A DNA stretch of 64,000 bases from the human T2T-CHM13v2.0 reference genome, Homo sapiens. The stretch lies in NCBI RefSeq assembly GCF_009914755.1, contig NC_060925.1; one strand, given 5' to 3'. Positions 13,501 through 26,843 of the stretch are shown piece after piece. The first letter of the stretch is position 1. Each line of letters starts with the position of its first letter. The position numbers and the translations under genes are program-made. Below the pieces are notes generated by a model that searched no databases, had not been told where the DNA came from, and saw only the letters and a list, made by a program, of their open reading frames with translations.

Positions 13501-16500
13501 TATTCAACTCACAGAGTTGAACGATCCTTTACAGAGAGCAGACTTGAAACACTCTTTTTGTGGAATTTGCAAGTGGAGATTTCAGCCGCTTTGAGGTCAA
13601 TGGTAGAAAAGGAAATATCTTCGTATAAAGACTAGACAGAATGATTCTCAGAAACTCCTTTGTGATGTGTGCGTTAAACTCACAGAGTTTAACTTTTCTT
13701 TTCATAGAGCAGTTAGGAAACACTCTGTTTGTAAAGTCTGCAAGTGGATATTCAGACCTCTTTGACGCCTTCGTTGGAAACGGGATTTCTTCATATTCTG
13801 CTAGACAGAAGAATTCTCAGTAACTTCCTTGTGTTGTGTGTATTCAACTCACAGAGTTGAACGATCCTTTACAGAGAGCAGACTTGAAACACTCTTTTTG
13901 TGGAATTTGCAAGTGGAGATTTCAGCCGCTTTGAGGTCAATGGTAGAAAAGGAAATATCTTCGTATAAAGACTAGACAGAATGATTCTCAGAAACTCCTT
14001 TGTGATGTGTGCGTTCAACACACAGAGTTTAACTTTTCTTTTCATAGAGCAGTTAGGAAACACTCTGTTTGTAAAGTCTGCAAGTGGATATTCAGACCTC
14101 TTTGAGGCCTTCGTTGGAAACGGGATTTCTTCATATTATGCTAGACAGAATAATTCTCAGTAACTTCCTTGTGTTGTGTGTATTCAACTCACAGAGTTGA
14201 ACGATCCTTTACAGAGAGCAGACTTGAAACACTCTTTTTGTGGAATTTGCAAGTGGAGATTTCAGCCGCTTTGAGGTCAATGATAGAATAGGAAATATCT
14301 TCCTATAGAAACTAGACAGAATGATTCTCAGAAACTCCTTTGTGATGTGTGCGTTCAACTCACAGAGTTTAACCTTTCTTTTCATAGAGCAGTTAGGAAA
14401 CACTCTGTTTGTAAAGTCTGCAAGTGGATATTCAGACCTCTTTGAGGCCTTCGTTGGAAACGGGATTTCTTCATATTCTGCTAGACAGAAGAATTCTCAG
14501 TAACTTCCTTGTGTTGTGTGTATTGAACTCGCAGAGTTGAACGATCCTTTACACAGAGCAGACTTGAAACACTCTTTTTGTGGAATTTGCAAGTGGAGAT
14601 TTCAGCCGCTTTGAGGTCAATAGTAGAAAAGGAAATATCTTCGTAGAAAAACTAGACAGAATGATTCTCAGAAACTCCTTTGTGATGTGTGTGTTAAACT
14701 CACAGAGTTTAACCTTTCTTTCCATAGAGCAGTTAGTAAACACTCTGTTTATAAAGTCTGCAAGTGGATATTCAGACCCCTTTGAGGCCTTCGTTGGAAA
14801 CGGGATTTCTTCATATTATGCTAGACAGAAGAATTCTCAGTAACTTCCTTGTGTTGTGTGTATTCAACTGACAGAGTTGAACTTTCATTTAGAGAGAGCA
14901 GATTTGAAACACTGTTTTTGTGGAATTTGCAAGTGGAGATTTCAAGCGCTTTGGGGCCAAAGGCAGAAAAGGAAATATCTTCGTATAAAAACTAGACAGA
15001 ATCATTCTCAGAAACTGCTGCGTGATGTGTGCGTTCAACTCTCAGAGTTTAACTTTTCTTTTCATTCAGCGGTTTGGAAACACTCTGTTTGTAAAGTCTG
15101 CACGTGGATAATTTGACCACTTAGAGGCCTTCGTTGGAAACGGGTTTTTTTCATGTAAGGCTAGACAGAAGAATTCCCAGTAACTTCCTTGTGTTGTGTG
15201 CATTCAACTCACAGAGTTGAACGTTCCCTTAGACAGAGCAGATTTGAAACACTCTATTTGTGCAATTTGCAAGTGTAGATTTCAAGCGCTTTAAGGTCAA
15301 TGGCAGAAAAGGAAATATCTTCGTTTCAAAACTAGACAGAATCATTCCCACAAACTGCGTTGTGATGTGTTCGTTCAACTCACAGAGTTTAACCTTTCTG
15401 TTCATAGAGCAGTTAGGAAACACTCTGTTTGTAAAGTCTGTAAGTGGATATTCTGACATCTTGTGGCCTTCGTTGGAAACGGGATTTCTTCATATTCTGC
15501 TAGACAGAAGAATTCTCAGTAACTTCCTTGTGTTGTGTGTATTCAACTCACAGAGTTGAACGATCCTTTACAGAGAGCAGACTTGAAACACTCTTTTTGT
15601 GGAATTTGCAAGTGGAGATTTCAGCCGCTTTGAGGTCAATGGTAGAAAAGGAAATATCTTCGTATAAAGACTAGACAGAATGATTCTCAGAAACTCCTTT
15701 GTGATGTGTGCGTTCAACACACAGAGTTTAACTTTTCTTTTCATAGAGCAGTTAGTAAACACTCTGTTTATAAAGTCTGCAGGTGGATATTCAGACCCCT
15801 TTGAGGCCTTCATTGGAAACGGGATTTCTTCATATTATGCTAGACAGAAGAATTCTCAGTAACTTCCTTGTGTTGTGTGTATTCAACTGACAGAGTTGAA
15901 CTTTCATTTAGAGAGAGCAGATTTGAAACACTGTTTTTGTGGAATTTGCAAGTGGAGATTTCAAGCGCTTTGGGGCCAAAGGCAGAAAAGGAAATATCTT
16001 CGTATAAACACTAGACAGAATCATTCTCAGAAACTGCTGCGTGATGTGTGTGTTCAACTCTCAGAGTTTAACTTTTCTTTTCATTCAGCGGTTTGGAAAC
16101 ACTCTGTTTGTAAAGTCTGCACGTGGATATTTTGACCACTTAGAGGCCTTCGTTGGAAACGGGTTTTTTTCATGTAAGGCTAGACAGAAGAATTCCCAGT
16201 AACTTCCTTGTGTTGTGTGCATTCAACTCACAGAGTTGAACGTTCCCTTAGACAGAGCAGATTTGAAACACTCTATTTGTGCAATTTGCAAGTGTAGATT
16301 TCAAGCGCTTTAAGGTCAATGGCAGAAAAGGAAATATCTTCGTTTCAAAACTAGACAGAATCATTCCCACAAACTGCGTTGTGATGTGTTCGTTCAACTC
16401 ACAGAGTTTAACCTTTCCGTTCATAGAGCAGTTAGGAAACACACTGTTTGTAAAGTCTGTAAGTGGATATTCTGACATCTTGTGGCCTTCGTTGGAAACG

Positions 16501-19500
16501 GGATTTCTTCATATTCTGCTAGACAGAAGAATTCTCAGTAACTTCCTTGTGTTGTGTGTATTCAACTCACAGAGTTGAGCGATCCTTTACACAGAGCAGA
16601 CTTGAAACACTCTTTTTGTGGAATTTGCAAGTGGAGATTTCAGCCAATTTGAGGTCAATGGTAGAAAAGGAAATATCTTCGTATAAAGACTAGACAGAAT
16701 GATTCTCAGAAACTCCTTTGTGATGTGTGTGTTCAACTCACAGAGTTTAACCTTTCTTTTCATAGAGCAGTTAGGAAACACTCTCTAAAGTCTGCAAGTG
16801 GATATTCAGACCTCCTTGAGGTCTTCGTTGGAAACGGGATTTCTTCATATTCTGCTAGACAGAAGAATTCTCAGTAACTTCCTTGTGTTGTGTGTATTCA
16901 ACTCACAGAGTTGAACGATCCTTTACAGAGAGCAGACTTGAAACACTCTTTTTGTGGAATTTGCAAGTGGAGATTTCAGCCGCTTTGAGGTCAATGGTAG
17001 AAAAGGAAATATCTTCGTATAAAGACTAGACAGAATGATTCTCAGAAACTCCTTTGTGATGTGTGCGTTCAACTCACAGAGTTTAACTTTTCTTTTCATA
17101 GAGCAGTTAGGAAACACTCTGTTTGTAAAGTCTGCAAGTGGATATTCAGACCTCTTTGACGCCTTCGTTGGAAACGGGATTTCTTCATATTCTGCTAGAC
17201 AGAAGAATTCTCAGTAACTTCCTTGTGTTGTGTGTATTCAACTCACAGAGTTGAACGATCCTTTACAGAGAGCAGACTTGAAACACTCTTTTTGTGGAAT
17301 TTGCAAATGGAGATTTCAGCCGCTTTGAGGTCAATGGTAGAAAAGGAAATATCTTCGTATAAAGACTAGACAGAATGATTCTCAGAAACTCCTTTGTGAT
17401 GTGTGCGTTCAACACACAGAGTTTAACTTTTCTTTTCATAGAGCAGTTAGGAAACACTCTGTTTGTAAAGTCTGCAAGTGGATATTCAGACCTCTTTGAG
17501 GCCTTCGTTGGAAACGGGATTTCTTCATATTATGCTAGACAGAATAATTCTCAGTAACTTCCTTGTGTTGTGTGTATTCAACTCACAGAGTTGAACGATC
17601 CTTTACAGAGTGCAGACTTGAAACACTCTTTTTGTGGAATTTGCAAGTGGAGATTTCAGCCGCTTTGAGGTCAATGATAGAATAGGAAATATCTTCCTAT
17701 AGAAACTAGACAGAATGATTCTCAGAAACTCCTTTGTGATGTGTGCGTTCAACTCACAGAGTTTAACCTTTCTTTTCATAGAGCAGTTAGGAAACACTCT
17801 GTTTGTAAAGTCTGCAAGTGGATATTCAGACCTCTTTGAGGCCTTCGTTGGAAACGGGATTTCTTCATATTCTGCTAGACAGAAGAATTCTCAGTAACTT
17901 CCTTGTGTTGTGTGTATTGAACTCGCAGAGTTGAACGATCCTTTACACAGAGCAAACTTGAAACACTCTTTTTGTGGAATTTGCAAGTGGAGATTTCAGC
18001 CGCTTTGAGGTCAATAGTAGAAAAGGAAATATCTTCGTAGAAAAACTAGACAGAATGATTCTCAGAAACTCCTTTGTGATGTGTGTGTTCAACTCACAGA
18101 GTTTAACCTTTCTTTTCATAGAGCAGTTAGTAAACACTCTGTTTATAACGTCTGCAAGTGGATATTCAGACCCCTTTGAGGCCTTCTTTGGAAACGGGAT
18201 TTCTTCATATTATGCTAGACAGAAGAATTCTCAGTAACTTCCTTGTGTTGTGTGTATTCAACTGACAGAGTTGAACTTTCATTTAGAGAGAGCAGATTTG
18301 AAACACTGTTTTTGTGGAATTTGCAAATGGAGATTTCAAGCGCTTTGGGGCCAAAGGCAGAAAAGGAAATATCTTCGTATAAAAACTAGACAGAATCATT
18401 CTCAGAAACTGCTGCGTGATGTGTGCGTTCAACTCTCAGAGTTTAACTTTTCTTTTCATTCAGCGGTTTGGAAACACTCTGTTTGTAAAGTCTGCACGTG
18501 GATATTTTGACCACTTAGAGGCCTTCGTTGGAAACGGGTTTTTTTCATGTAAGGCTAGACAGAAGAATTCCCAGTAACTTCCTTGTGTTGTGTGCATTCA
18601 ACTCACAGAGTTGAACGTTCCCTTAGACAGAGCAGATTTGAAACACTCTATTTGTGCAATTTGCAAGTGTAGATTTCAAGCGCTTTAAGGTCAATGGCAG
18701 AAAAGGAAATATCTTCGTTTCAAAACTAGACAGAATCATTCCCACAAACTGCGTTGTGATGTGTTCCTTCAACTCACAGAGTTTAACCTTTCCGTTCATA
18801 GAGCAGTTAGGAAACACACTGTAAAGTCTGTAAGTGGATATTCTGACATCTTGTGGCCTTCTTTGGAAACGGGATTTCTTCATATTCTGCTAGACAGAAG
18901 AATTCTCAGTAACTTCCTTGTGTTGTGTGTATTCAACTCACAGAGTTGAACGATCCTTTACACAGAGCAGACTTGAAACACTCTTTTTGTGGAATTTGCA
19001 AGTGGAGATTTCAGCCGCTTTGAGGTCAATGGTAGAAAAGGAAATATCTTCGTATAAAGACTAGACAGAATGATTCTCAGAAACTCCTTTGTGATGTGTG
19101 CGTTCAACTCACAGAGTTTAACCTTTCTTTTTATAGAGCAGTTAGGAAACACTCTCTAAAGTCTGCAAGTGGATATTCAGACCTCCTTGAGGTCTTCGTT
19201 GGAAACGGGATTTCTTCATATTCTGCTAGACAGAAGAATTCTCAGTAACTTCCTTGTGTTGTGTGTATTCAACTCACAGAGTTGAACGATCCTTTACACA
19301 GAGCAGACTTGAAACACTCTTTTTGTGGAATTTGCAAGTGGAGATTTCAGCCGCTTTGAGGTCAATGGTAGAAAAGGAAATATCTTCGTATAAAGACTAG
19401 ACAGAATGATTCTCAGAAACTCCTTTGTGATGTGTGCGTTCAACACACAGAGTTTAACCTTTCTTTTCATAGAGCAGTTAGGAAACACTCTGTTTGTAAA

Positions 19501-22500
19501 GTCTGCAAGTGGATATTCAGACCTCTTTGAGGCCTTCGTTGGAAACGAGATTTCTTCATATTATGCTAGACAGAATAATTCTCAGTAACTTCCTTCTGTT
19601 GTGTGTATTCAACTGACAGAGTTGAACTTTCATTTAGAGAGAGCAGATTTGAAACACTGTTTTTGTGGAATTTGCAAATGGAGATTTCAAGCGCTTTGGG
19701 GCCAAAGGCAGAAAAGGAAATATCTTCGTATAAAAACTAGACAGAATCATTCTCAGAAACTGCTGCGTGATGTGTGCGTTCAACTCTCAGAGTTTAACTT
19801 TTCTTTTCATTCAGCGGTTTGGAAACACTCTGTTTGTAAAGTCTGCACGTGGATATTTTGACCACTTAGAGGCCTTCGTTGGAAACGGGTTTTTTTCATG
19901 TAAGGCTAGACAGAAGAATTCCCAGTAACTTCCTTGTGTTGTGTGCATTCAACTCACAGAGTTGAACGTTCCCTTAGACAGAGCAGATTTGAAACACTCT
20001 ATTTGTGCAATTTGCAAGTGTAGATTTCAAGCGCTTTAAGGTCAATGGCAGAAAAGGAAATATCTTCGTTTCAAAACTAGACAGAATCATTCCCACAAAC
20101 TGCGTTGTGATGTGTTCGTTCAACTCACAGAGTTTAACCTTTCCGTTCATAGAGCAGTTAGGAAACACTCTGTTTGTAAAGTCTGTAAGTGGATATTCTG
20201 ACATCTTGTGGCCTTCGTTGGAAACGGGATTTCTTCATATTCTGCTAGACAGAAGAATTCTCAGTAACTTCCTTGTGTTGTGTGTATTCAACTCACAGAG
20301 TTGAACGATCCTTTACAGAGAGCAGACTTGAAACACTCTTTTTGTGGAATTTGCAAGTGGAGATTTCAGCCGCTTTGAGGTCAATGGTAGAACAGGAAAT
20401 GTCTTCGTATAAAGACTAGACAGAATGATTCTCAGAAACTCCTTTGTGATGTGTGCGTTCAACTCACAGAGTTTAACTTTTCTTTTCATAGAGCAGTTAG
20501 GAAACACTCTGTTTGTAAAGTCTGCAAGTGGATATTCAGACCTCTTTGAGGCCTTCGTTGGAAACGGGATTTCTTCATATTATGCTAGACAGAATAATAC
20601 TCAGTAACTTCCTTGTGTTGTGTGTATTCAACTCACAGAGTTGAACGATCCTTTACAGAGAGCAGACTTGAAACACTCTTTTTGTGGAATTTGCAAGTGG
20701 AGATTTCAGCCGCTTTGAGGTCAATGTTAGAAAAGGAAATATCTTCGTATAAAGACTAGACAGAATGATTCTCAGAAACTCCTTTGTGATGTGTGCGTTC
20801 AACTCACAGAGTTTAACCTTTCTGTTCATAGAGCAGTTAGGAAACACTCTGTTTGTAAAGTCTGTAAGTGGATATTCTGACATCTTGTGGCCTTCGTTCG
20901 AAACGGGATTTCTTCATATTCTGCTAGACAGAAGAATTCTCAGTAACTTCCTTGTGTTGTGTGTATTCAACTCACAGAGTTGAACGATCCTTTACACAGA
21001 GCAGACTTGAAACACTCTTTTTGTGGAATTTGCAAGTGGAGATTTCAGCCGCTTTGAGGTCAATGGTAGAATAGGAAATATCTTCCTATAGAAACTAGAC
21101 AGAATGATTCTCAGAAACTCCTTTGTGATGTGTGCGTTCAACTCACAGAGTTTAACCTTTCTTTTCATAGATCAGTTAGGAAACACTCTGTTTGTAAAGT
21201 CTGCAAGTGAATATTCAGACCTCTTTGAGGCCTTCGTTGGAAACGGGATTTCTTCATATTCTGCTAGACAGAAGAATTCTCAGTAACTTCCTTGTGTTGT
21301 GTGTATTCAACTCACAGAGTTGAACGATCCTTTACACAGAGCAGACTTGAAACACTCTTTTTGTGGAATTTGCAAGTGGAGATTTCAGCCGCTTTGAGGT
21401 CAATGGTAGAAAAGAAAATATCTTCGTATAAAGACTAGACAGAATGATTCTCAGAAACTCCTTTGTGATGTGTGCGTTCAACTCACAGAGTTTAACCTTT
21501 CTTCTCATAGAGCAGTTAGGAAGCACTCTGTTTGTAAAGTCTGCAAGTGGATATTCAGACCTCCTTGAGGCCTTCGTTGGAAACGGGATTTCTTCATATT
21601 CTGCTAGACAGAAGAATTCTCAGTAACTTCCTTGTGTTGTGTGTATTCAACTCACAGAGTTGAACGATCCTTTACACATAGCAGACTTGAAACACTCTTT
21701 TTGTGGAATTTGCAAGTGGAGATTTCAGCCGCTTTGAGGTCAATGGTAGAATAGGAAATATCTTCCTATAGAAACTAGACAGAATGATTCTCAGAAACTC
21801 CTTTGTGATGTGTGCGTTCAACTCACAGAGTTTAACTTTTCTTTTCATAGAACAGTTAGGAAACACTCTGTTTGTAAAGTCTGCAAGTGGATATTCAGAC
21901 CTCTTTGAGGCCTTCGTTGGAAACGGGATTTCTTCATATTATGCTATACAGAAGAATTCTCAGTAACTTCCTTGTGTTGTGTGTATTCAACTCACAAAGT
22001 TGAACGATCCTTTACAGAGAGCAGACTTGAAACACTCTTTTTGTGGAATTTGCAAGTGGAGATTTCAGCCGCTTTGAGGTCAATGGTAGAATAGGAAATA
22101 TCTTCCAATAGAAACTAGACAGAATGATTCTCAGAAACTCCTTTGTGATGTGTGCGTTCAACTCACAGAGTTTAACCTTTCTGTTCATAGAGCAGTTAGG
22201 AAACACTCTGTTTGTAAAGTCTGCAAGTGGATATTCAGACCTCTTTGAGGCCTTCGTTGGAAACGGTATTTCTTCATATTCTGCTAGACAGAATAATTCT
22301 CAGTAACTTCCTTGTGTTGTGTGTATTCAACTCACAGAGTTGAACGATCCTTTACAGAGAGCAGACTTGAAACACTCTTTTTGTGGAATTTGCAAGTGGA
22401 GATTTCAGCCGCTTTGAGGTCAATGGTAGAAAAGGAAATATCTTTGTATAAAGACTAGACAGAATGATTCTCAGAAACTCCTTTGTGATGTGTGCGTTCA

Positions 22501-22604
22501 ACTCACAGAGTTTAACTTTTCTTTTCATAGAGCAGTTAGGAAAAACTCTGTTTGTAAAGTCTGCAAGAGGATATTCAGACCTCTTTAAGGCCTTCGTTGG
22601 AAAA

Positions 22605-25600
22605 GGGATTTCTTCATATTCTGCTAGACAGAAGAATTCTCAGTAACTTCCTTGTGTTGTGTGTATTCAACTCACAGAGTTGAACGATCCTTTACACAGA
22701 GCAGACTTGAAACACTCTTTTTGTGGAATTTGCAAGTGGAGATTTCAGCCGCTTTGAGGTCAATGGTAGAAAAGGAAATATCTTCGTATAAAGACTAGAC
22801 AGAATGATTCTCAGAAACTCCTTTGTGATGTGTGCGTTCAACTCACAGAGTTTAACTTTTCTTTTCATAGAGCAGTTAGGAAACACTCTGTTTGTAAAGT
22901 CTGCAAGTGGATATTCAGACCTCTTTGAGGCCTTCGTTGGATCGGGATTTCCTCATATTATGCTAGACAGAAGAATTCTCAGTAACTTCCTTGTGTTGTG
23001 TGTATTCAACTCACAGAGTTGAACGATCCTTTACAGAGAGCAGACTTGAAACACTCTTTTTGTGGAATTTGCAAGTGGAGATTTCAGCCGCTTTGAGGTC
23101 AATGTTAGAATAGGAAATATCTTCCTATAGAAACTAGACAGAATGATTCTCAGAAACTCCTTTGTGATGTGTGCGTTCAACTCACAGAGTTTAACCTTTC
23201 TTTTCATAGAGCAGTTAGGAAACACTCTGTTTGTAAAGTCTGCAAGTGGATATTCAGACCTCTTTGAGGCCTTCGTTGGAAACGGGATTTCTTCATATTC
23301 TGCTAGACAGAAGAATTCTCAGTAACTTCCTTGTGTTGTGTGTATTCAACTCACAGAGTTGAGCGATCCTTTACACAGAGCAGACTTGAAACACTCTTTT
23401 TGTGGAATTTGCAAGTGGAGATTTCAGCCACTTTGAGGTCAAAAGTAGAAAAGGAAATATCTTCGTAGAAAAACTAGACAGAATGATTCTCAGATACTCC
23501 TTTGTGATGTGTGTGTTCAACTCACAGAGTTTAACCTTTCTTTTCATAGAGCAGTTAGTAAACACTCTGTTTATAAAGTCTGCAAGTGGATATTCAGACC
23601 CCTTTGAGGCCTTCGTTGGAAACGGGATTTCTTCATATTATGCTAGACAGAAGAATTCTCAGTAACTTCCTTGTGTTGTGTGTATTCAACTCACAGAGTT
23701 GAACGATCCTTTACACAGAGCAGACTTGAAACACTCTTTTTGTTGAATTTGAAAGTGGAGATTTCAGCCGCTTTGAGGTCAATAGTAGAAAAGGAAATAT
23801 CTTCGTAGAAAAACTAGACAGAATGATTCTCAGAAACTCCTTTGTGATGTGTGTGTTCAACTCACAGAGTTTAACCTTTCTTTTCATAGAGCAGTTAGTA
23901 AACACTCTGTTTATAAAGTCTGCAAGTGGATATTCAGACCCCTTTGAGGCCTTCGTTGGAAACGGGATTTCTTCATATTATGCTAGACAGAAGAATTCTC
24001 AGTAACTTCCTTGTGTTGTGTGTATTCAACTGACAGAGTTGAACTTTCATTTAGAGAGAGCAGATTTGAAACACTGTTTTTGTGGAATTTGCAAGTGGAG
24101 ATTTCAAGCGCTTTGGGGCCAAAGGCAGAAAAGGAAATATCTTCGTATAAAAACTAGACAGAATCATTCTCAGAAACTGCTGCGTGATGTGTGCGTTCAA
24201 CTCTCAGAGTTTAACTTTTCTTTTCATTCAGCGGTTTGGAAACACTCTGTTTGTAAAGTCTGCACGTGGATATTTTGACCACTTAGAGGCCTTCGTTGGA
24301 AACGGGTTTTTTTCATGTAAGGCTAGACAGAAGAATTCCCAGTAACTTCCTTGTGTTGTGTGCATTCAACTCACAGAGTTGAACGTTCCCTTAGACAGAG
24401 CAGATTTGAAACACTCTATTTGTGCAATTTGCAAGTGTAGATTTCAAGCGCTTTAAGGTCAATGGCAGAAAAGGAAATATCTTCTTTTCAAAACTAGACA
24501 GAATCATTCCCACAAACTGCGTTGTGATGTGTTCGTTCAACTCACAGAGTTTAACCTTTCTGTTCATAGAGCAGTTAGGAAACACTCTGTTTGTAAAGTC
24601 TGTAAGTGGATATTCTGACATCTTGTGGCCTTCGTTGGAAACGGGATTTCTTCATATTCTGCTAGACAGAAGAATTCTCAGTAACTTCCTTGTGTTGTGT
24701 GTATTCAACTCACAGAGTTGAACGATCCTTTACACAGAGCAGACTTGAAACACTCTTTTTGTGGAATTTGCAAGTGGAGATTTCAGCCGCTTTGAGGTCA
24801 ATGGTAGAAAAGGAAATATCTTCGTATAAAGACTAGACAGAATGATTCTCAGAAACTCCTTTGTGATGTGTGCGTTCAACTCACAGAGTTTAACTTTTCT
24901 TTTCATAGAGCAGTTAGGAAACACTCTGTTTGTAAAGTCTGCAAGTGGATATTCAGACCTCTTTGAGGCCTTCGTTGGATCGGGATTTCCTCATATTATG
25001 CTAGACAGAAGAATTCTCAGTAACTTCCTTGTGTTGTGTGTATTCAACTCACAGAGTTGAACGATCCTTTACAGAGAGCAGACTTGAAACACTCTTTTTG
25101 TGGAATTTGCAAGTGGAGATTTCAGCCGCTTTGAGGTCAATGTTAGAATAGGAAATATCTTCCTATAGAAACTAGACAGAATGATTCTCAGAAACTCCTT
25201 TGTGATGTGTGCGTTCAACTCACAGAGTTTAACCTTTCTTTTCATAGAGCAGTTAGGAAACACTCTGTTTGTAAAGTCTGCAAGTGGATATTCAGACCTC
25301 TTTGAGGCCTTCGTTGGAAACGGGATTTCTTCATATTCTGCTAGACAGAAGAATTCTCAGTAACTTCCTTGTGTTGTGTGTATTCAACTCACAGAGTTGA
25401 GCGATCCTTTACACAGAGCAGACTTGAAACACTCTTTTTGTGGAATTTGCAAGTGGAGATTTCAGCCACTTTGAGGTCAAAAGTAGAAAAGGAAATATCT
25501 TCGTAGAAAAACTAGACAGAATGATTCTCAGATACTCCTTTGTGATGTGTGTGTTCAACTCACAGAGTTTAACCTTTCTTTTCATAGAGCAGTTAGTAAA

Positions 25601-26843
25601 CACTCTGTTTATAAAGTCTGCAAGTGGATATTCAGACCCCTTTGAGGCCTTCGTTGGAAACGGGATTTCTTCATATTATGCTAGACAGAAGAATTCTCAG
25701 TAACTTCCTTGTGTTGTGTGTATTCAACTCACAGAGTTGAACGATCCTTTACACAGAGCAGACTTGAAACACTCTTTTTGTTGAATTTGAAAGTGGAGAT
25801 TTCAGCCGCTTTGAGGTCAATAGTAGAAAAGGAAATATCTTCGTAGAAAAACTAGACAGAATGATTCTCAGAAACTCCTTTGTGATGTGTGTGTTCAACT
25901 CACAGAGTTTAACCTTTCTTTTCATAGAGCAGTTAGTAAACACTCTGTTTATAAAGTCTGCAAGTGGATATTCAGACCCCTTTGAGGCCTTCGTTGGAAA
26001 CGGGATTTCTTCATATTATGCTAGACAGAAGAATTCTCAGTAACTTCCTTGTGTTGTGTGTATTCAACTGACAGAGTTGAACTTTCATTTAGAGAGAGCA
26101 GATTTGAAACACTGTTTTTGTGGAATTTGCAAGTGGAGATTTCAAGCGCTTTGGGGCCAAAGGCAGAAAAGGAAATATCTTCGTATAAAAACTAGACAGA
26201 ATCATTCTCAGAAACTGCTGCGTGATGTGTGCGTTCAACTCTCAGAGTTTAACTTTTCTTTTCATTCAGCGGTTTGGAAACACTCTGTTTGTAAAGTCTG
26301 CACGTGGATATTTTGACCACTTAGAGGCCTTCGTTGGAAACGGGTTTTTTTCATGTAAGGCTAGACAGAAGAATTCCCAGTAACTTCCTTGTGTTGTGTG
26401 CATTCAACTCACAGAGTTGAACGTTCCCTTAGACAGAGCAGATTTGAAACACTCTATTTGTGCAATTTGCAAGTGTAGATTTCAAGCGCTTTAAGGTCAA
26501 TGGCAGAAAAGGAAATATCTTCTTTTCAAAACTAGACAGAATCATTCCCACAAACTGCGTTGTGATGTGTTCGTTCAACTCACAGAGTTTAACCTTTCTG
26601 TTCATAGAGCAGTTAGGAAACACTCTGTTTGTAAAGTCTGTAAGTGGATATTCTGACATCTTGTGGCCTTCGTTGGAAACGGGATTTCTTCATATTCTGC
26701 TAGACAGAAGAATTCTCAGTAACTTCCTTGTGTTGTGTGTATTCAACTCACAGAGTTGAACGATCCTTTACACAGAGCAGACTTGAAACACTCTTTTTGT
26801 GGAATTTGCAAGTGGAGATTTCAGCCGCTTTGAGGTCAATGGT
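22605..26843 (+). repeat. Recent tandem duplication, period 2038 bp (6 dimers)
   Basis: Rare variants repeat at +2038: 'ttggatcgggatttcctc' (22932/24970), 'aatgttagaat', 'ccactttgaggtcaaaagt', 'tgttgaatttgaaag', 'cttcttttcaaaa'. ORF offsets 22804->24842 and 24018->26056. Confidence 0.92.
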
